64,000 bases of DNA, from contig JAHPZH010000001.1 of assembly GCA_019058315.1 (NCBI GenBank), positions 439,536-503,535 of the forward strand. Reading direction: 5' to 3'. Below the pieces are notes generated by a model that ran no database searches, was not told the origin of the DNA, and was given only the letters and a program-made list of their open reading frames with translations. This stretch comes from Candidatus Helarchaeota archaeon (GTDB lineage: Archaea; Asgardarchaeota; Lokiarchaeia; Helarchaeales; RDOG01). Below are positions 63,157 to 64,000 of this stretch, in pieces (positions within the stretch are counted from its first letter, which is position 1; each line of letters opens with the position of its first letter). The position numbers and the translations under genes are program-made.

Positions 63157-64000
63157 ATGCCTCAATTTACCTATGGAGATCTTCCGGACAGTCTAATTCC
63201 AAAAAAACTTTGGACTTTAGGTCGCCATGTATGGACTGTATGTAAGGAACTTGGTTATGATTATATTGTGGAAAAATTTGACCTAGCAATAGATAAAGTA
63301 ACATATGATATTTTTAAATTAAGATTGGATAATGCTATTCAAACTGCTAGAGCTGTAATGGAAGGAAAAGTAGAACAAGCTGATAAAACTCCTGCATTTA
63401 GCTTATTTCCTCCTGGAAATATTATCCGATCTGATTTGCAACAAGGAAGTATGAAACTTCTATATGGTGAGAGTTGCGATATTGCAGCAATAAGTGTTAG
63501 AGACGATATAAATGAGGCATTTTTGATTATAAATTGCCATCTAGAAGATGGAATTCCCGTAGATTGGTGGCTATTAGGTCATTCAGACGAAATTTTTGAT
63601 AGAAGACATCGAAAATTAGGCTACAAATTTAGAGATTTACCTAAGCACTCAAAAAAATTATCAGAATTAGGATTTCGATTTCAAGATGTCTTAAAAGATA
63701 TTCGTAATGAACGTACTCCTGAATGGGGGGCATCGCCAATGATTTGTTTAATTAATTGGGTTATGTCATCTTGGAATTTCATATGGGAGATCAGCTCATG
63801 GGAAGTTTATGCTTCACTTTTCGATGGTTTAGCGGCAAAAAGTGTTCATGGTATGCCAGATAATGCTTATGAATACATACCTTCTCTTCCTTTACTGAAT
63901 TCAATGATATATATGGGTCGAAAGAATTTTACCCTTAGGTTTGCGGGACTAATGACTGGACATCTTTTATGTTGGCATGGCATGGAACCAGAAATTTATC
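63157..64000 (+). CDS. 3'-truncated hypothetical protein
   Basis: Open frame MPQFTYGDLPD...DGIPVDWW...RNERTPEW runs off the window end; alternative ATG at 63148. Confidence 0.75.
   Translation, partial: MPQFTYGDLPDSLIPKKLWTLGRHVWTVCKELGYDYIVEKFDLAIDKVTYDIFKLRLDNAIQTARAVMEGKVEQADKTPAFSLFPPGNIIRSDLQQGSMKLLYGESCDIAAISVRDDINEAFLIINCHLEDGIPVDWWLLGHSDEIFDRRHRKLGYKFRDLPKHSKKLSELGFRFQDVLKDIRNERTPEWGASPMICLINWVMSSWNFIWEISSWEVYASLFDGLAAKSVHGMPDNAYEYIPSLPLLNSMIYMGRKNFTLRFAGLMTGHLLCWHGMEPEIY

Overview
AT-rich archaeal genomic window, almost certainly from an Asgard archaeon. Evidence: TFIIB, a PAC2 proteasome chaperone with HbYX tail, a GG-ending ubiquitin-like protein, a HEAT-TPR-PCI-RING protein, longin-like and LRR proteins, and a eukaryote-type SECIS. 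The coenzyme M genes plus acyl-CoA and ACS-related genes would fit Helarchaeales or a relative (inference). Main blocks: (i) dispersed bacterial-type uvrB/uvrA/uvrC; (ii) a corrinoid protein with an MtaA-like methyltransferase; (iii) a cysteate synthase-comDE-hdrCBA-(hypothetical)-mmp16/comF cluster, i.e. CoM synthesis linked to heterodisulfide reduction; (iv) tRNA-Cys next to cysS; (v) a DUF433/DUF5615 toxin-antitoxin pair; (vi) a proteostasis locus (pepA, Ubl, hsp20, PAC2, grpE-dnaK-[aberrant tRNA]-[stand-alone DnaK lid]-dnaJ-clpB, tfb). Features the ORF track misses or does not explain: a DsbA/FrnE selenoprotein (UPWC) with a eukaryote-like SECIS in its 3' UTR; an 87-aa threefold-symmetric 12-Cys protein resembling the spliceosomal PHF5A/Rds3 knotted zinc finger; two Zn micro-proteins with PIP-box-like tails; an ORF lacking a canonical start (possible ACG); and a 28-bp exact direct repeat flanking a 2.6-kb segment. 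No CRISPR array, rRNA or transposase was seen. All family calls come from motif recognition by eye; no database searches were run.
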